DNA of 32,000 nt, from assembly GCA_041661045.1 (NCBI GenBank), contig JBAZVE010000001.1, positions 1,230,001-1,262,000 of the forward strand. The letters run 5' to 3'. Numbering within the stretch: the stretch's first letter is position 1; the number at the start of each line of letters is the position of its first letter. Under the pieces are notes generated by a model. The model worked only from the letters and a program-made list of their open reading frames with translations, did no database searches and had not been told where the DNA came from. Made by a program: the position numbers and the translations under genes. The DNA is from Candidatus Saccharimonadota bacterium. Lineage in GTDB: Bacteria; Patescibacteriota; Gracilibacteria; UBA1369; 2-02-FULL-48-14. Of this stretch, positions 17,825 to 26,455 are shown in pieces.

Positions 17825-18640
17825 CTACCTTTCCAAAGCTTCATACTGCCCGATGACACAATGTTTTTTTCGTGCATTTTCTGGGTTTTCAAAGGCTGGT
17901 ATTGCGCCAGTGAATCGAAATGGAAACCCTCTGAATTCCGTATCCGTCCCCTTTCGTGCAAGAATAAACTGATCTCCCACCCTATCTGTGAATGGACTCA
18001 TGGATTGCCTTAAAGAGAAAGTTGCTCTTGCTCCTGGGGTACGGTCTAAGATTTGAGAAATTGAGGGATTGGAAAGGAGTCGCCAAGGACAATCTATAAT
18101 CATCACTCCACCCGGATAGCCATCCGCTGGCTTCCTAAGCACCCTCCATGCTTCTTCGAGAGCTTCGAGGGTATTTGGGGTATACTGAAATCCTGAGGCA
18201 CACCAATAGAAATCAATCCAATCGTCTGGAATGGAGGCGAGATCTTGAATGTCACCCGAGATGAGTCGTGCAGAAAGCGATCTGCTTGGGCCAAGGCACA
18301 GAACCTCCTCCGGGATGAGGGATGGCTGTGGTTTCAGATCTATACCCATCGCCTCAATTTTCGGAGCTATCGCTATGGGGGAATCCGAAAATGTATCGAT
18401 TGTCCTACACAGTTCTTCAAGATGAGCTCCAGACCCACATGCCGCGCTCAAAACCCTCAGGATTCTTTGGTTTGTTATATCCAAGCGCTCCTCAATTTCT
18501 TCCTCAAAGGAAAAGCCTGGGCAGGAATCAAAAAGCTGCATCACGGCTTCCAAGGATCTACTCAACATTTCCGGGGGCAAATCGGCTTGTAACTCGGTTA
18601 AAGAGGTTTCGCTCATAGAGCTATAAAGAGTCACTTTCAT
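17825..18640 (-). CDS. Class I SAM-dependent methyltransferase-like protein
   Basis: 271-aa ORF. ILRVLSAACGSGAHL resembles motif I (hhDhGCGxG). AMGIDL resembles the acidic end of beta-2. WRVLRKPADGYPGGVMII resembles the RvLkPGG.l.i motif. The start overlaps the stop of the upstream lipoprotein gene by 4 nt. Confidence 0.55.
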   Translation of the reverse strand: MKVTLYSSMSETSLTELQADLPPEMLSRSLEAVMQLFDSCPGFSFEEEIEERLDITNQRILRVLSAACGSGAHLEELCRTIDTFSDSPIAIAPKIEAMGIDLKPQPSLIPEEVLCLGPSRSLSARLISGDIQDLASIPDDWIDFYWCASGFQYTPNTLEALEEAWRVLRKPADGYPGGVMIIDCPWRLLSNPSISQILDRTPGARATFSLRQSMSPFTDRVGDQFILARKGTDTEFRGFPFRFTGAIPAFENPENARKKHCVIGQYEALER

Positions 18641-19374
18641 TCACAAAGGCTTGGTATGCCCGTGAAATCAACCACAAACACATTCGTGCTGCCAAACATG
18701 CTGTCAGCACCACCAGTTTCTCTGAAGAAGGCTCTTCCAGGCTCTTTATCGACGAGTCCAATCCATCCCAAATTTCCTGTATGAATGGGTACTCCATTTA
18801 TGGCAAATGTTACGGTCTCAGAATCAAGGTTTTCACCTTTATTAACCACGAGCGCAGCCAAATAGCCACCAGGATATTCTTGAATGTCGGCCTCATGCCA
18901 GCTGCCATACCTAGCCCCATAGTGGGTCATAGATACTTCTTGATCGGGATATTTACTCCCCCAGAACTCAGCAAGAGCACTTGAATTTTTTGCACCTCCA
19001 AATTGTTCTGGATCCAAGATACATGCTTCAAAATCATCCGGTGGCAGCGGATTACACTCTTGATAAGCGGTCACAACTTGATTCTGCAGTGCATTATGAG
19101 GCTTTGGACCCCCATGATCACTCCCAAGACAATTTGCATATGTGGACTTAAGCACTCTTCTGGCTCTCACGACAGGTTGGTCAGCTAATCGTTCTACACC
19201 GTTTGATTCAGGTTTATCAACAACTGGCACCTCAGATCCCTCCTGCGCCTCTTGATGCATTTGAGGGACATCAGCGTCAACATCTCCGGAGGTATCACTT
19301 TTGGGGTCTAACTCACAGGCTGCTAGCCCTGCTGCTAGCGCTAGAGGCAAAGATCTTTTAAACATGGCGAACAA
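18637..19374 (-). CDS. Putative lipoprotein of unknown function
   Basis: 245-aa ORF with signal peptide and lipobox ...LALAAGLAAC|ELD. Confidence 0.65.
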   Translation of the reverse strand: MFAMFKRSLPLALAAGLAACELDPKSDTSGDVDADVPQMHQEAQEGSEVPVVDKPESNGVERLADQPVVRARRVLKSTYANCLGSDHGGPKPHNALQNQVVTAYQECNPLPPDDFEACILDPEQFGGAKNSSALAEFWGSKYPDQEVSMTHYGARYGSWHEADIQEYPGGYLAALVVNKGENLDSETVTFAINGVPIHTGNLGWIGLVDKEPGRAFFRETGGADSMFGSTNVFVVDFTGIPSLCE

Positions 19375-19462
19375 ATTAAATGGCTAAGGTGTGAGCCTAC
19401 TGGCATTGTGCTCTTTTTGCAATACGCAAAGGCTTCAGCTGAATGAAATCTATTATCAAATT

Positions 19463-19957
19463 TCAATTGATCTCAAGTTGTAAGGTCTCAAAAATTTCTA
19501 AGAAGTCGCTTTCTGGAAGCCATTCTGGGCTGGGACGATATTCGATTTCGATATACTCACTATCTAAAGAGATTTGGATTACAGAGCCCGTCCAAAGCTC
19601 TGCTTGGACTTTCATTTTCTTGGCTTCAATCCCATCAATGGTGATTAATTCTTGATCGGATAAATCACCATAAGGAGTTGGCATTGGCCCTTGCTCTCTG
19701 CAGATTCTTAGGTCATACGGGACCCAAAAGTCTCCCCCTGTTACATCTAGATGAGACTCTATCCACGCTTCGTTATAGGCGGTTAATTGGGGGCTGGTGA
19801 AGTTGGTGCAATGGGAATCTTCTTCAATAAGCCAACCCTCGCTGAGTTCTAGGGAATACCCATTTTCAGGATTTTTATAACTCACTGTCTCTACAGATGG
19901 GCTGGTGGAACAGCTTACTAATGAGAGAGAGAGGAGAAGGACAAAATATTTTTTCAT
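19463..19957 (-). CDS. Putative lipoprotein of unknown function
   Basis: 164-aa ORF with MKKYFVLLLSLSLVSC|STS (lipobox LVSC). Confidence 0.7.
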   Translation of the reverse strand: MKKYFVLLLSLSLVSCSTSPSVETVSYKNPENGYSLELSEGWLIEEDSHCTNFTSPQLTAYNEAWIESHLDVTGGDFWVPYDLRICREQGPMPTPYGDLSDQELITIDGIEAKKMKVQAELWTGSVIQISLDSEYIEIEYRPSPEWLPESDFLEIFETLQLEIN

Positions 19958-20076
19958 TTATTTGGGTTACTCATGCAAGTTACAGGTCAAACCTGATTTT
20001 ATCAAGATCACGCACTGGACCTACATAGGGACTTGACGGGGCATCCTATAAGTTCTAGACTGTACACTTAAATTTA

Positions 20077-20595
20077 ATGCCTAATACTCAGGATATGAGC
20101 GAGACTGGTGACCCCATTCAAGGTGAATATATTAAGGCAGAAAAACTCCGTAACAAAGAGGGAGCGGATGTCGGTTGGATTGAGTACGAAGGCCGTAGGG
20201 TTTTAAAACAAGTCGTTCATAATGGGTCGGTGTTTGTCGTCATTGATGATCGAGAAGATGCGCAGACAGACATTACAAGATTTGGAATTTATATTGGGAA
20301 AGGGGCTAGCCTAAAGGATGCTATGCAAGATTTGTTGACCAAATTAAGGGAAAACTGGGAGTTTGCTGTTCGTAGAGATAGAAGACATGCGGAAAGAGAG
20401 CTCTTAGACGCAGCAAGGGTTGCAACAGAGAAAACTCTTAGAGAGAACCTTGGAGATGAAATTGCAGATGTGGTGAGTATCACGGTTCAAGTTGTACCCA
20501 TTTCAGATCAAGATGATGTTCTTGTTAGCGCAGATGAGGCACTTCCAGAGTATACACCACCAGAATATTCCCTTCGTGAACCTTTAGAGGCGTAG
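20077..20595 (+). CDS. Hypothetical protein
   Basis: 172-aa ORF ending 12 nt before the distal att repeat. No motif recognised. Confidence 0.5.
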   Translation: MPNTQDMSETGDPIQGEYIKAEKLRNKEGADVGWIEYEGRRVLKQVVHNGSVFVVIDDREDAQTDITRFGIYIGKGASLKDAMQDLLTKLRENWEFAVRRDRRHAERELLDAARVATEKTLRENLGDEIADVVSITVQVVPISDQDDVLVSADEALPEYTPPEYSLREPLEA

Positions 20596-20607
20596 ACCGA
20601 TTGAGAT

Positions 20608-20653
20608 ATGGTACCCTGGGCAGGAATCGAACCTGCGACCAACAGCTTAGAAG
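20608..20653. repeat. Distal att site: 46-bp duplicate of the 3' part of tRNA-Arg(TCT)
   Basis: ATGGTACCCTGGGCAGGAATCGAACCTGCGACCAACAGCTTAGAAG is identical to 29469-29514. The flanking bases differ on both sides, and no tRNA 5' half is present here. Confidence 0.9.
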
Positions 20654-20789
20654 CCGTTTTCCACCTTCGGTATGCCTGATTATTGGCTTACCTTAGCCAT
20701 ATTCGACCATTCAGAGTTTTTGAGTCGGCGTTTATTCAACGACCAACAGCTCGTTTATGATTATGTCTTAAGTTTAGCGAAAATGAAAG

Positions 20790-21713
20790 TTATAACGCTT
20801 TTAATTCCTCAAAGGAAATTGGGTCGAGAATCATTTTTTCGATTTCATCTGCATAGCAAGCAGTTCCTATCCCTAAAGATCGTCTTCGATTTAACTCCAC
20901 TTTTTTCTCAATACCATCCTGAACCAAGGTACATTCTTCCTTAGAAGGGACCTGCCACTCTCCTAAATAGACTCCCAGGAGAAGAAAGTCTTTTTGCGTA
21001 TTGGTCATTATCTTCCCGTCCTTCACAACAATGTTTGTCGGTTCGGAAATGACAGGGCTTCCTGAGGAAACTGGAAAAAGTTGCACATCGACTTTAAAGC
21101 AAGGCTCATCGTTAAATCTCATGCCCCAACCAGAGGCTATACTTCCAGACTTGGATAAAGGGAATAGGTTATGTTCATCGTGGTATCCTTCTGGATATCC
21201 AATAATCACAATGCGCGAGGTCGCTTCTACTTCGATGAGTTTAGAATGCTTGGGAAGATTGTTCCGAGTGAATGCATGGGTGGGTACGAATGATAGGTTA
21301 AGAGGAAATCCGGCGAGTTCAGGAGCTTCGACTGAAGCGATCAAATTTGTGACTCTAATCGCTGCTATATCTACACTAGGATCACGAGAGAAAATTAAAT
21401 GTTGCTCAAGTAACTTTCGCTCAATTGGAACTTCTAATTGTTTTGCAGGAATGCCATTTTGTTGAGGGAAAACATAACGCAGCACAACCTTGTCTGGCAA
21501 AAGTAGCGTTCCAGGTGTTTCACTCAAAAAACAATGTTTTGCGGTAACCAAGTACTGTCCTTCAATCGTTACCCATCCAGGCTCACTAATCGTTTTCAGA
21601 CTCTCATCAGATATATGGCGATAGAAAAATCCCGTTCCTCCTTTCTCTCCCTGTGGCCATACTGTATTGAGTAAGACTATTGAACTGTTGATGTGTTCCT
21701 GTATCGGGGGCAT
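20790..21713 (-). CDS. Trypsin-like (S1 family, Trypsin_2-type) serine peptidase, no signal peptide
   Basis: 307-aa ORF. GTGFFY...YLVTAKHCF carries the His, DIAAIRV the Asp, and FPVSSGSPVI the Ser. IIGYPEG is also present. There is no N-terminal hydrophobic signal. Confidence 0.7.
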   Translation of the reverse strand: MPPIQEHINSSIVLLNTVWPQGEKGGTGFFYRHISDESLKTISEPGWVTIEGQYLVTAKHCFLSETPGTLLLPDKVVLRYVFPQQNGIPAKQLEVPIERKLLEQHLIFSRDPSVDIAAIRVTNLIASVEAPELAGFPLNLSFVPTHAFTRNNLPKHSKLIEVEATSRIVIIGYPEGYHDEHNLFPLSKSGSIASGWGMRFNDEPCFKVDVQLFPVSSGSPVISEPTNIVVKDGKIMTNTQKDFLLLGVYLGEWQVPSKEECTLVQDGIEKKVELNRRRSLGIGTACYADEIEKMILDPISFEELKAL

Positions 21714-21766
21714 TTGAAACGAGGTGAGACATTTCCAAGGTATCAGACGGACGGCTTCTCCGCGAA

Positions 21767-22648
21767 CTAAAACAATTCGAGCCGATTCACACCCTCCTCA
21801 AGGCTCTTTGCGGACATCTTCAAGTAGATCATAGTGGAGGCGAGGTTGCTGTGTCCCATGATTTCCTTGAGCTGAACAATACCAAGTCCTTGTTCCACGC
21901 TTACACTTCCGAAAGTGTGCCTCAACTGGTGGCAAGTGAAGCGAACTCCTGTGTGCTGTCCAATTCTTTTGCAGATTTTGCTCAAATTCTTTGGCGTGAG
22001 TTTTCCGCCTTGTTTTCCCGGAAAGAACCATGGCGTAGTGGCCTTTAGTCTCGTTTTCGAATACTGTGAAAGTGTTCGAACCAGCTTGTAATGAATTGGT
22101 ACCCATCGGTCCTTGTTCCCCTTTCCGTGGCGGACAAGGATGGACCGGTTCTTGAGGTCGACATCTGTGAGTTCCAAGTTCAGCAGTTCGCTCATGCGTA
22201 AACCCGTGAAGAGGAATGTTGAGATTATGGCGTGATTCCTTGTCTGCTCGAATTCGTAACGCCAAGGCAAGGTGAAGCTCCCATAGAGGATTTTCCGTGC
22301 GTCCTCTCCTGTCAACCTGCGCGGCAAAGGCTGTGCGGCTTTCGGTCTTTTTATGACCTCCAATGGATTGTCCTTCCTTAGTCCACGCTGCACACACCAG
22401 CCCATGAACCGCTTGAGATATTTGTGATTGTTTGAGTAGTGACTCTGAGACCATTGATACTTCTCCCTCCCTTCATAGAAGAACTCTCGTAAGGTAGCTT
22501 CGCTGACCTCGTTCAATTCCTTAAGGCCTGTTCGTCTTAGGAAGGTTCCGAACGACATTTCCATTGCTTTCACCGTTCGACCAGCCAGCCCCTCTTCTAG
22601 AGAGCAAAAACGGCGAAATTCCCGGTGAAGATTGGCTAGGTCGTTCAT
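21767..22648 (-). CDS. Tyrosine recombinase/integrase (XerC/D-phage integrase family), copy 1
   Basis: 293-aa ORF with GLRMSELLNL (Arg I), HGKGNKDRWVPI, HQLRHTF (H-x-x-R), GHSNLASTMIYL (His and the catalytic Tyr) and an N-terminal SAM-like core-binding domain. The ATG overlaps the upstream helicase stop (ATGA). Confidence 0.9.
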   Translation of the reverse strand: MNDLANLHREFRRFCSLEEGLAGRTVKAMEMSFGTFLRRTGLKELNEVSEATLREFFYEGREKYQWSQSHYSNNHKYLKRFMGWCVQRGLRKDNPLEVIKRPKAAQPLPRRLTGEDARKILYGSFTLPWRYEFEQTRNHAIISTFLFTGLRMSELLNLELTDVDLKNRSILVRHGKGNKDRWVPIHYKLVRTLSQYSKTRLKATTPWFFPGKQGGKLTPKNLSKICKRIGQHTGVRFTCHQLRHTFGSVSVEQGLGIVQLKEIMGHSNLASTMIYLKMSAKSLEEGVNRLELF

Positions 22649-24273
22649 TTCTTAAGTGGTTCAGTGATGATTTCAGCTTTGGGCCACAAAGCACTCCGGA
22701 TTTGATCGTCCGAAAGTGCCGGCAAACTGCTGTCTTTGCTGTCCCTCGTGTCCTCTACAGATTCAGGTTCACCGGACGGCAGGACGGGAAAGACAGAAGT
22801 TTTTGCGAAAGTATAGTGCCGACCACGATCGTCCTTTGAATATTCGAAGTGAATGCCAATTTCTTCAAGGTTTGACTTCACCTCTTTTAAGAACTTGCCA
22901 AGTACACTTGGATTTTTTGGGCACGCCTTTTCGTCGAGTTTCCAGTCACTCCAATGCTTTGTGAACTGATCCAAAAGTTCTGCAGGAGTGCCACGCCACC
23001 CTTCCTCGGTTTCCATAAGCTTTCTTACGGCAAAAGCTACTGGGTTTGCTTCCACGACTTCTTCGTTTTGCTTTTGAATATTGTTGTTGTAAGCCTTGAG
23101 GAAAAATTCACCTCCGTAACCCAGCGCTTCGCTGATTGCGTATCCCCACCTGGCAAAATCTGCCATCCTGGGGTAGTTTTTCAGCTTTACGGTTGGGTAT
23201 AGCTCAATGGCTTTGGAAAGAATGTCAAAAAAACCTCCAAGCATTGTGCTCCGGGCGAGTTCGAATTCTTCATCGATCTCTTGCTCTGTTCTTCTTGCGC
23301 TGCTTTCAATACGGCTCAGTTCAATAGTGAGGCTCCTATCAGTGAGATCAGGGGTCTCTACCATGTTACTGATTCCATTCAACCCTATGCAGCGGCGAAA
23401 GTTGTACACCACATCCTCATCGTCTGTATAAAGTTTCCTTTTGGTATTTCCTCCACCCGTTACTGCCCGACAAAGAGCATCCGCCTCGGCGTCACTGAGT
23501 TTTCTTAAATTGTCGTAGAATATGCAATGATGATGCTGCATTTGTTGCACGAGTTCGGATATCCTGGGAAAGCTCAGGATTCCTGCTTTTGAAGGATCCA
23601 CCAAGCTTTGAATAAACCTCATTGTTGTGGACTTTCCGGCCCCTTTCTCGCCATGTAAAACTAAGACGGCGTGTGGAATATCAGCAATGAGGCAAGTGAT
23701 CGTCCATGTTAGGAGGAGGCACTCATTTTCCTTGTTCTTTAATGTAATAAATCTGAGCAATAGGTGTGCATCTCCTCCGATGGTTTGAGGTGAGACTTGA
23801 GGGAGTTGGTGCTGATACGACCTAAATATCATCGGGGCATCTTCCTGCATCCATCCGTTTTTATCTACTCGAATAGCTTGGCCTTTGCCGAGGTCATACC
23901 AAAAACTTTCTTCATAAGAAGCTACTCTATTGGCCAGGTTGATTACTTCACCCTCGTGGATCGCCTTGGCAGCGAAGAGATCTTCCACCTTCTGTACAAC
24001 CTCCCTACCGAGCAGCCCTAAGCCCCCCTCAAATGATACTTTTTGAGCAAAATGTCTAAAATTTTTAGTTTCAATTGGAAAGTTCGTTCTCACTCCTTTG
24101 ATAACTGTAGAGAAAAATGGTGTGTCGAACTGATCGATAAAAAGCACTACTTCCATTTTTTCAAATATTTTCAGTAATTTTTCTGTGATTGAACCGGATT
24201 TCTCGTCTCCTTTCTCTAGAGAAATGACTTCCAGTATTTTCTTTTCTTCATTTTCATTTAGTGGTGTGTTCAT
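22645..24273 (-). CDS. P4/D5-family SF3 helicase-like replication ATPase
   Basis: 542-aa ORF with Walker A LVLHGEKGAGKST and Walker B-like CIFYDNL. AVTGGGNTKRKLYTDDEDVVYNFRRCIGLNGI matches the 'ltGGd....R.ly......f.....l..N' segment that I recall from P4-family primase C-terminal domains. The first ~200 aa are unassigned. Confidence 0.65.
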   Translation of the reverse strand: MNTPLNENEEKKILEVISLEKGDEKSGSITEKLLKIFEKMEVVLFIDQFDTPFFSTVIKGVRTNFPIETKNFRHFAQKVSFEGGLGLLGREVVQKVEDLFAAKAIHEGEVINLANRVASYEESFWYDLGKGQAIRVDKNGWMQEDAPMIFRSYQHQLPQVSPQTIGGDAHLLLRFITLKNKENECLLLTWTITCLIADIPHAVLVLHGEKGAGKSTTMRFIQSLVDPSKAGILSFPRISELVQQMQHHHCIFYDNLRKLSDAEADALCRAVTGGGNTKRKLYTDDEDVVYNFRRCIGLNGISNMVETPDLTDRSLTIELSRIESSARRTEQEIDEEFELARSTMLGGFFDILSKAIELYPTVKLKNYPRMADFARWGYAISEALGYGGEFFLKAYNNNIQKQNEEVVEANPVAFAVRKLMETEEGWRGTPAELLDQFTKHWSDWKLDEKACPKNPSVLGKFLKEVKSNLEEIGIHFEYSKDDRGRHYTFAKTSVFPVLPSGEPESVEDTRDSKDSSLPALSDDQIRSALWPKAEIITEPLKK

Positions 24274-24866
24274 AGTCGGTTTAGGTAGTTAATGGTTTCT
24301 GGAAAACTTTCCCTTCTCAGGTCTTTCGTGAATGCGATGACATCTCCGCCGGCGGCACATCCGTAACAGTAGAAACTATTCGTTTCCGGATACAGCGTGC
24401 ACGACGGGTGCCTCTCTTCATGGAAGGGGCACAGGATTACGAATCGGACTCCAATTTTTCTTGGATGAAGTCCGTTCCACTCTGCTATCTGAACAATAGG
24501 AGCTGCCTTTGCTCGTGCTTTGTCTTCTTCAGTCATGCGTACTCGTACCTGTGGGCTTGAGGATCCCAACATGGAAAGTTTCTTCAGAATTCTGTCCCGG
24601 GTAAGTGAGATAAGAGGAACAGCAACGGCACGAATCGTGTGATCCAGAAGTTTCTTTGTTTTTGGATCACTGGCTCTCTGCCTTTCCATCATTGCCCTAC
24701 ATTTCTCAGCCAGTCGCTGATATTTTTCGACATCATCAAGGAGAGTCCGATGAGTCTCAGCCTCGTACATGTCTGGGAAAGCTGCCTTGATGGTCTCCAA
24801 GTTCATCTGAGGCGAGCTACGGCGCCATGAGTTCTCCCACTGCTGGAATTGATCGTTTCTCTTCAT
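24270..24866 (-). CDS. DnaG-type CHC2 zinc-finger protein (primase zinc-binding domain only)
   Basis: 198-aa ORF. The C-terminal CPFHEERHPSCTLYPETNSFYCYGCAAGGDVIAF is the CHC2 zinc-finger signature. No TOPRIM or primase catalytic motifs are seen. It overlaps the helicase gene by 4 nt. Confidence 0.75.
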   Translation of the reverse strand: MKRNDQFQQWENSWRRSSPQMNLETIKAAFPDMYEAETHRTLLDDVEKYQRLAEKCRAMMERQRASDPKTKKLLDHTIRAVAVPLISLTRDRILKKLSMLGSSSPQVRVRMTEEDKARAKAAPIVQIAEWNGLHPRKIGVRFVILCPFHEERHPSCTLYPETNSFYCYGCAAGGDVIAFTKDLRRESFPETINYLNRL

Positions 24867-25111
24867 ATGCTGAATTCGTTAATTCGAGTCTTCAAAAAAC
24901 GCAGGTTCGATAGAACCGCATGGGCAGGAAGGTTCAATTCCTGCCGGGTGTACCGATCTAGTACCAAGTGGAGTCGAGGCTCATCGTTGAAATGGAACCT
25001 TAGACGGGGATCACCACTTTGTCCTTTCTCAATAGAGAGCAGGGCGAAACCAGCCGTCACCAGCACCGTTGCGGTGTTGAGGCATGTCGTTTGGAATTCA
25101 TTATCTTTCAT
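24863..25111 (-). CDS. Small DUF5659-like protein
   Basis: 82-aa ORF and first gene of the coupled operon, with a 4-nt overlap. The pattern F.T..L..A..L...GF.LL.IE......PR..F.F.D resembles the DUF5659 family as I recall it. Confidence 0.45.
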   Translation of the reverse strand: MKDNEFQTTCLNTATVLVTAGFALLSIEKGQSGDPRLRFHFNDEPRLHLVLDRYTRQELNLPAHAVLSNLRFLKTRINEFSI

Positions 25112-25196
25112 TTTATAAAGTTAAAGACTGAGCCAATTATAAAAACCCGCTTGCTGTTCGGAGCAGGGAGGATTGTATGGCTTTTTTAAGCCATTT

Positions 25197-25937
25197 TTAT
25201 CTATAGGAAGCAATTAGCTCGGCTGGGATCACCAAGCTAACTGCGTTTTTCTTGATAGTAAAAATCGGAAATCCAAACTTTTCTTTCGTTTTTTCATTTA
25301 CTCCTTCTATGGAATTTCGGACTGTTTTTTTCCAGTCGGAGGGGAAATCTCCAGTTTCTTTGCCTTTCATGTACTCATAAATCTCATCCATCTCTTTGCA
25401 CTCACCTATACTAGAATCGCACATTATGTCGCAGAGCTCGTCTTCGTTTGAGTTGGGCGTCAACTGACAGACGGCATCGAAGTAAACGAGCTTTGCTTTT
25501 TCTCGAAGGTACTGCAAAGGTGATTTTATCTCCTTGATGAGTTCTTGGTGTCTAGCTTCGAGGAAGTCGATGCAAAGGTCTAACCTTTTTTCGGCGTAAA
25601 AATAGTGGCCATCTCCGTTCTTTGGGATGTCTGCTACGACAACCTTACGGTCTAAAGCCAGAAAAAGTGCTGGCGTTGCTAGTTCGTCGTAGGTTTTTAT
25701 CAATTCCTGGGCAACTTTTTTCTTGAAAGAATCCAAGTGTTCAACGAGTGATGGTAAGGATCCCGCGCGTACTTCAGCAGTCTCTAGAAATTTTTCAGGA
25801 TCCTTAAGAAGCTCCTTGACCCGTTCAAAGTCTGATGTCCAATACTCTTCGTTAAAGTCCCGTCTCAACTCCACCGCTTCAACGAGCAGTGAATCTATCT
25901 TTTTTAATGCTTCTTTGGGAGTAACTTTGAGAATCAT
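25197..25937 (-). CDS. Hypothetical protein
   Basis: 246-aa ORF. The N-terminal half looks helical and the C-terminal third is Cys- and acid-rich. No motif recognised. Confidence 0.55.
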   Translation of the reverse strand: MILKVTPKEALKKIDSLLVEAVELRRDFNEEYWTSDFERVKELLKDPEKFLETAEVRAGSLPSLVEHLDSFKKKVAQELIKTYDELATPALFLALDRKVVVADIPKNGDGHYFYAEKRLDLCIDFLEARHQELIKEIKSPLQYLREKAKLVYFDAVCQLTPNSNEDELCDIMCDSSIGECKEMDEIYEYMKGKETGDFPSDWKKTVRNSIEGVNEKTKEKFGFPIFTIKKNAVSLVIPAELIASYR

Positions 25938-25975
25938 TGGCAGTTCATATTCATTACCGCCAATGTATCAGGCCT

Positions 25976-26428
25976 TCAGTCTTCTTCCAAGGTTTCGTGT
26001 CTGACAGACTCTTTAAGCATAGCTGGAAAGTCCACGATCTGAACAGTAATAGAGGTCTTGGCCTGCACTAGTCTATTTTTTAGGCGATTATATTCGATGA
26101 TCCCTTTCATCTTATTGGATAAATCTTTGTCTTGTTTTATAACTTTGAGGTGCTCCAGGTCCACTTCGCCGTCGCTAAATCCGGCGTCTTCTAGAAGTTC
26201 CTGGATGCGGGCCTGGACCGCATGGTGTGACTTGAGTTGGCTGGCGTAGGAGTAGGCACTATTTTTGGACCCCTTGAACTCACGAGTGCGAATTAGGCTC
26301 AAGTAGCCGTTGCAGAATGTATCCTTTCCGAAAGCAGCATAGGCTCGAGCGAAGGCCTCTTGAGGTGGAGTCAACCGGAGGCCACTTCGCGTAAGAACCG
26401 GCCGTGAGTGTGAAAAAATCTTTGCCAT
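25976..26428 (-). CDS. Terminase small subunit-like (Terminase_2-like HTH) protein
   Basis: 150-aa ORF. LTPPQEAFARAYA....(x)..NGY.S...(x)..SAYSYASQLKSHHAVQARIQELLE follows the 'LT.kQ..F...Y....N...A.......a...as.Ll....V...I' pattern of small terminases. This assignment comes from pattern recognition only. Confidence 0.45.
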   Translation of the reverse strand: MAKIFSHSRPVLTRSGLRLTPPQEAFARAYAAFGKDTFCNGYLSLIRTREFKGSKNSAYSYASQLKSHHAVQARIQELLEDAGFSDGEVDLEHLKVIKQDKDLSNKMKGIIEYNRLKNRLVQAKTSITVQIVDFPAMLKESVRHETLEED

Positions 26429-26455
26429 GACACCATTCTAGCGTAGAATCACCCT

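Noticed and set aside
20608-20653. Possible second tRNA-Arg gene or tRNA pseudogene
   Set aside because: Only the 3' 45 nt (anticodon loop to CCA) are present, with no 5' half or D-arm. It is best explained as the att duplication generated by integration.
21798-22454. 218-aa same-strand alternative-frame ORF inside integrase copy 1
   Set aside because: The overlapping frame encodes the complete tyrosine-recombinase motif series, and the alternative frame has no recognisable features.
25146-25199. Hairpins downstream of the 246-aa gene (ATGGCTT-TTTT-AAGCCAT and a 6-bp CTTGCT/AGCAGG stem) as rho-independent terminators
   Set aside because: On the coding (minus) strand the first hairpin is not followed by a U-run, and the second stem carries an A-C mismatch. 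The better terminator geometry is on the + strand, where there is no upstream gene. I have left both uncalled.
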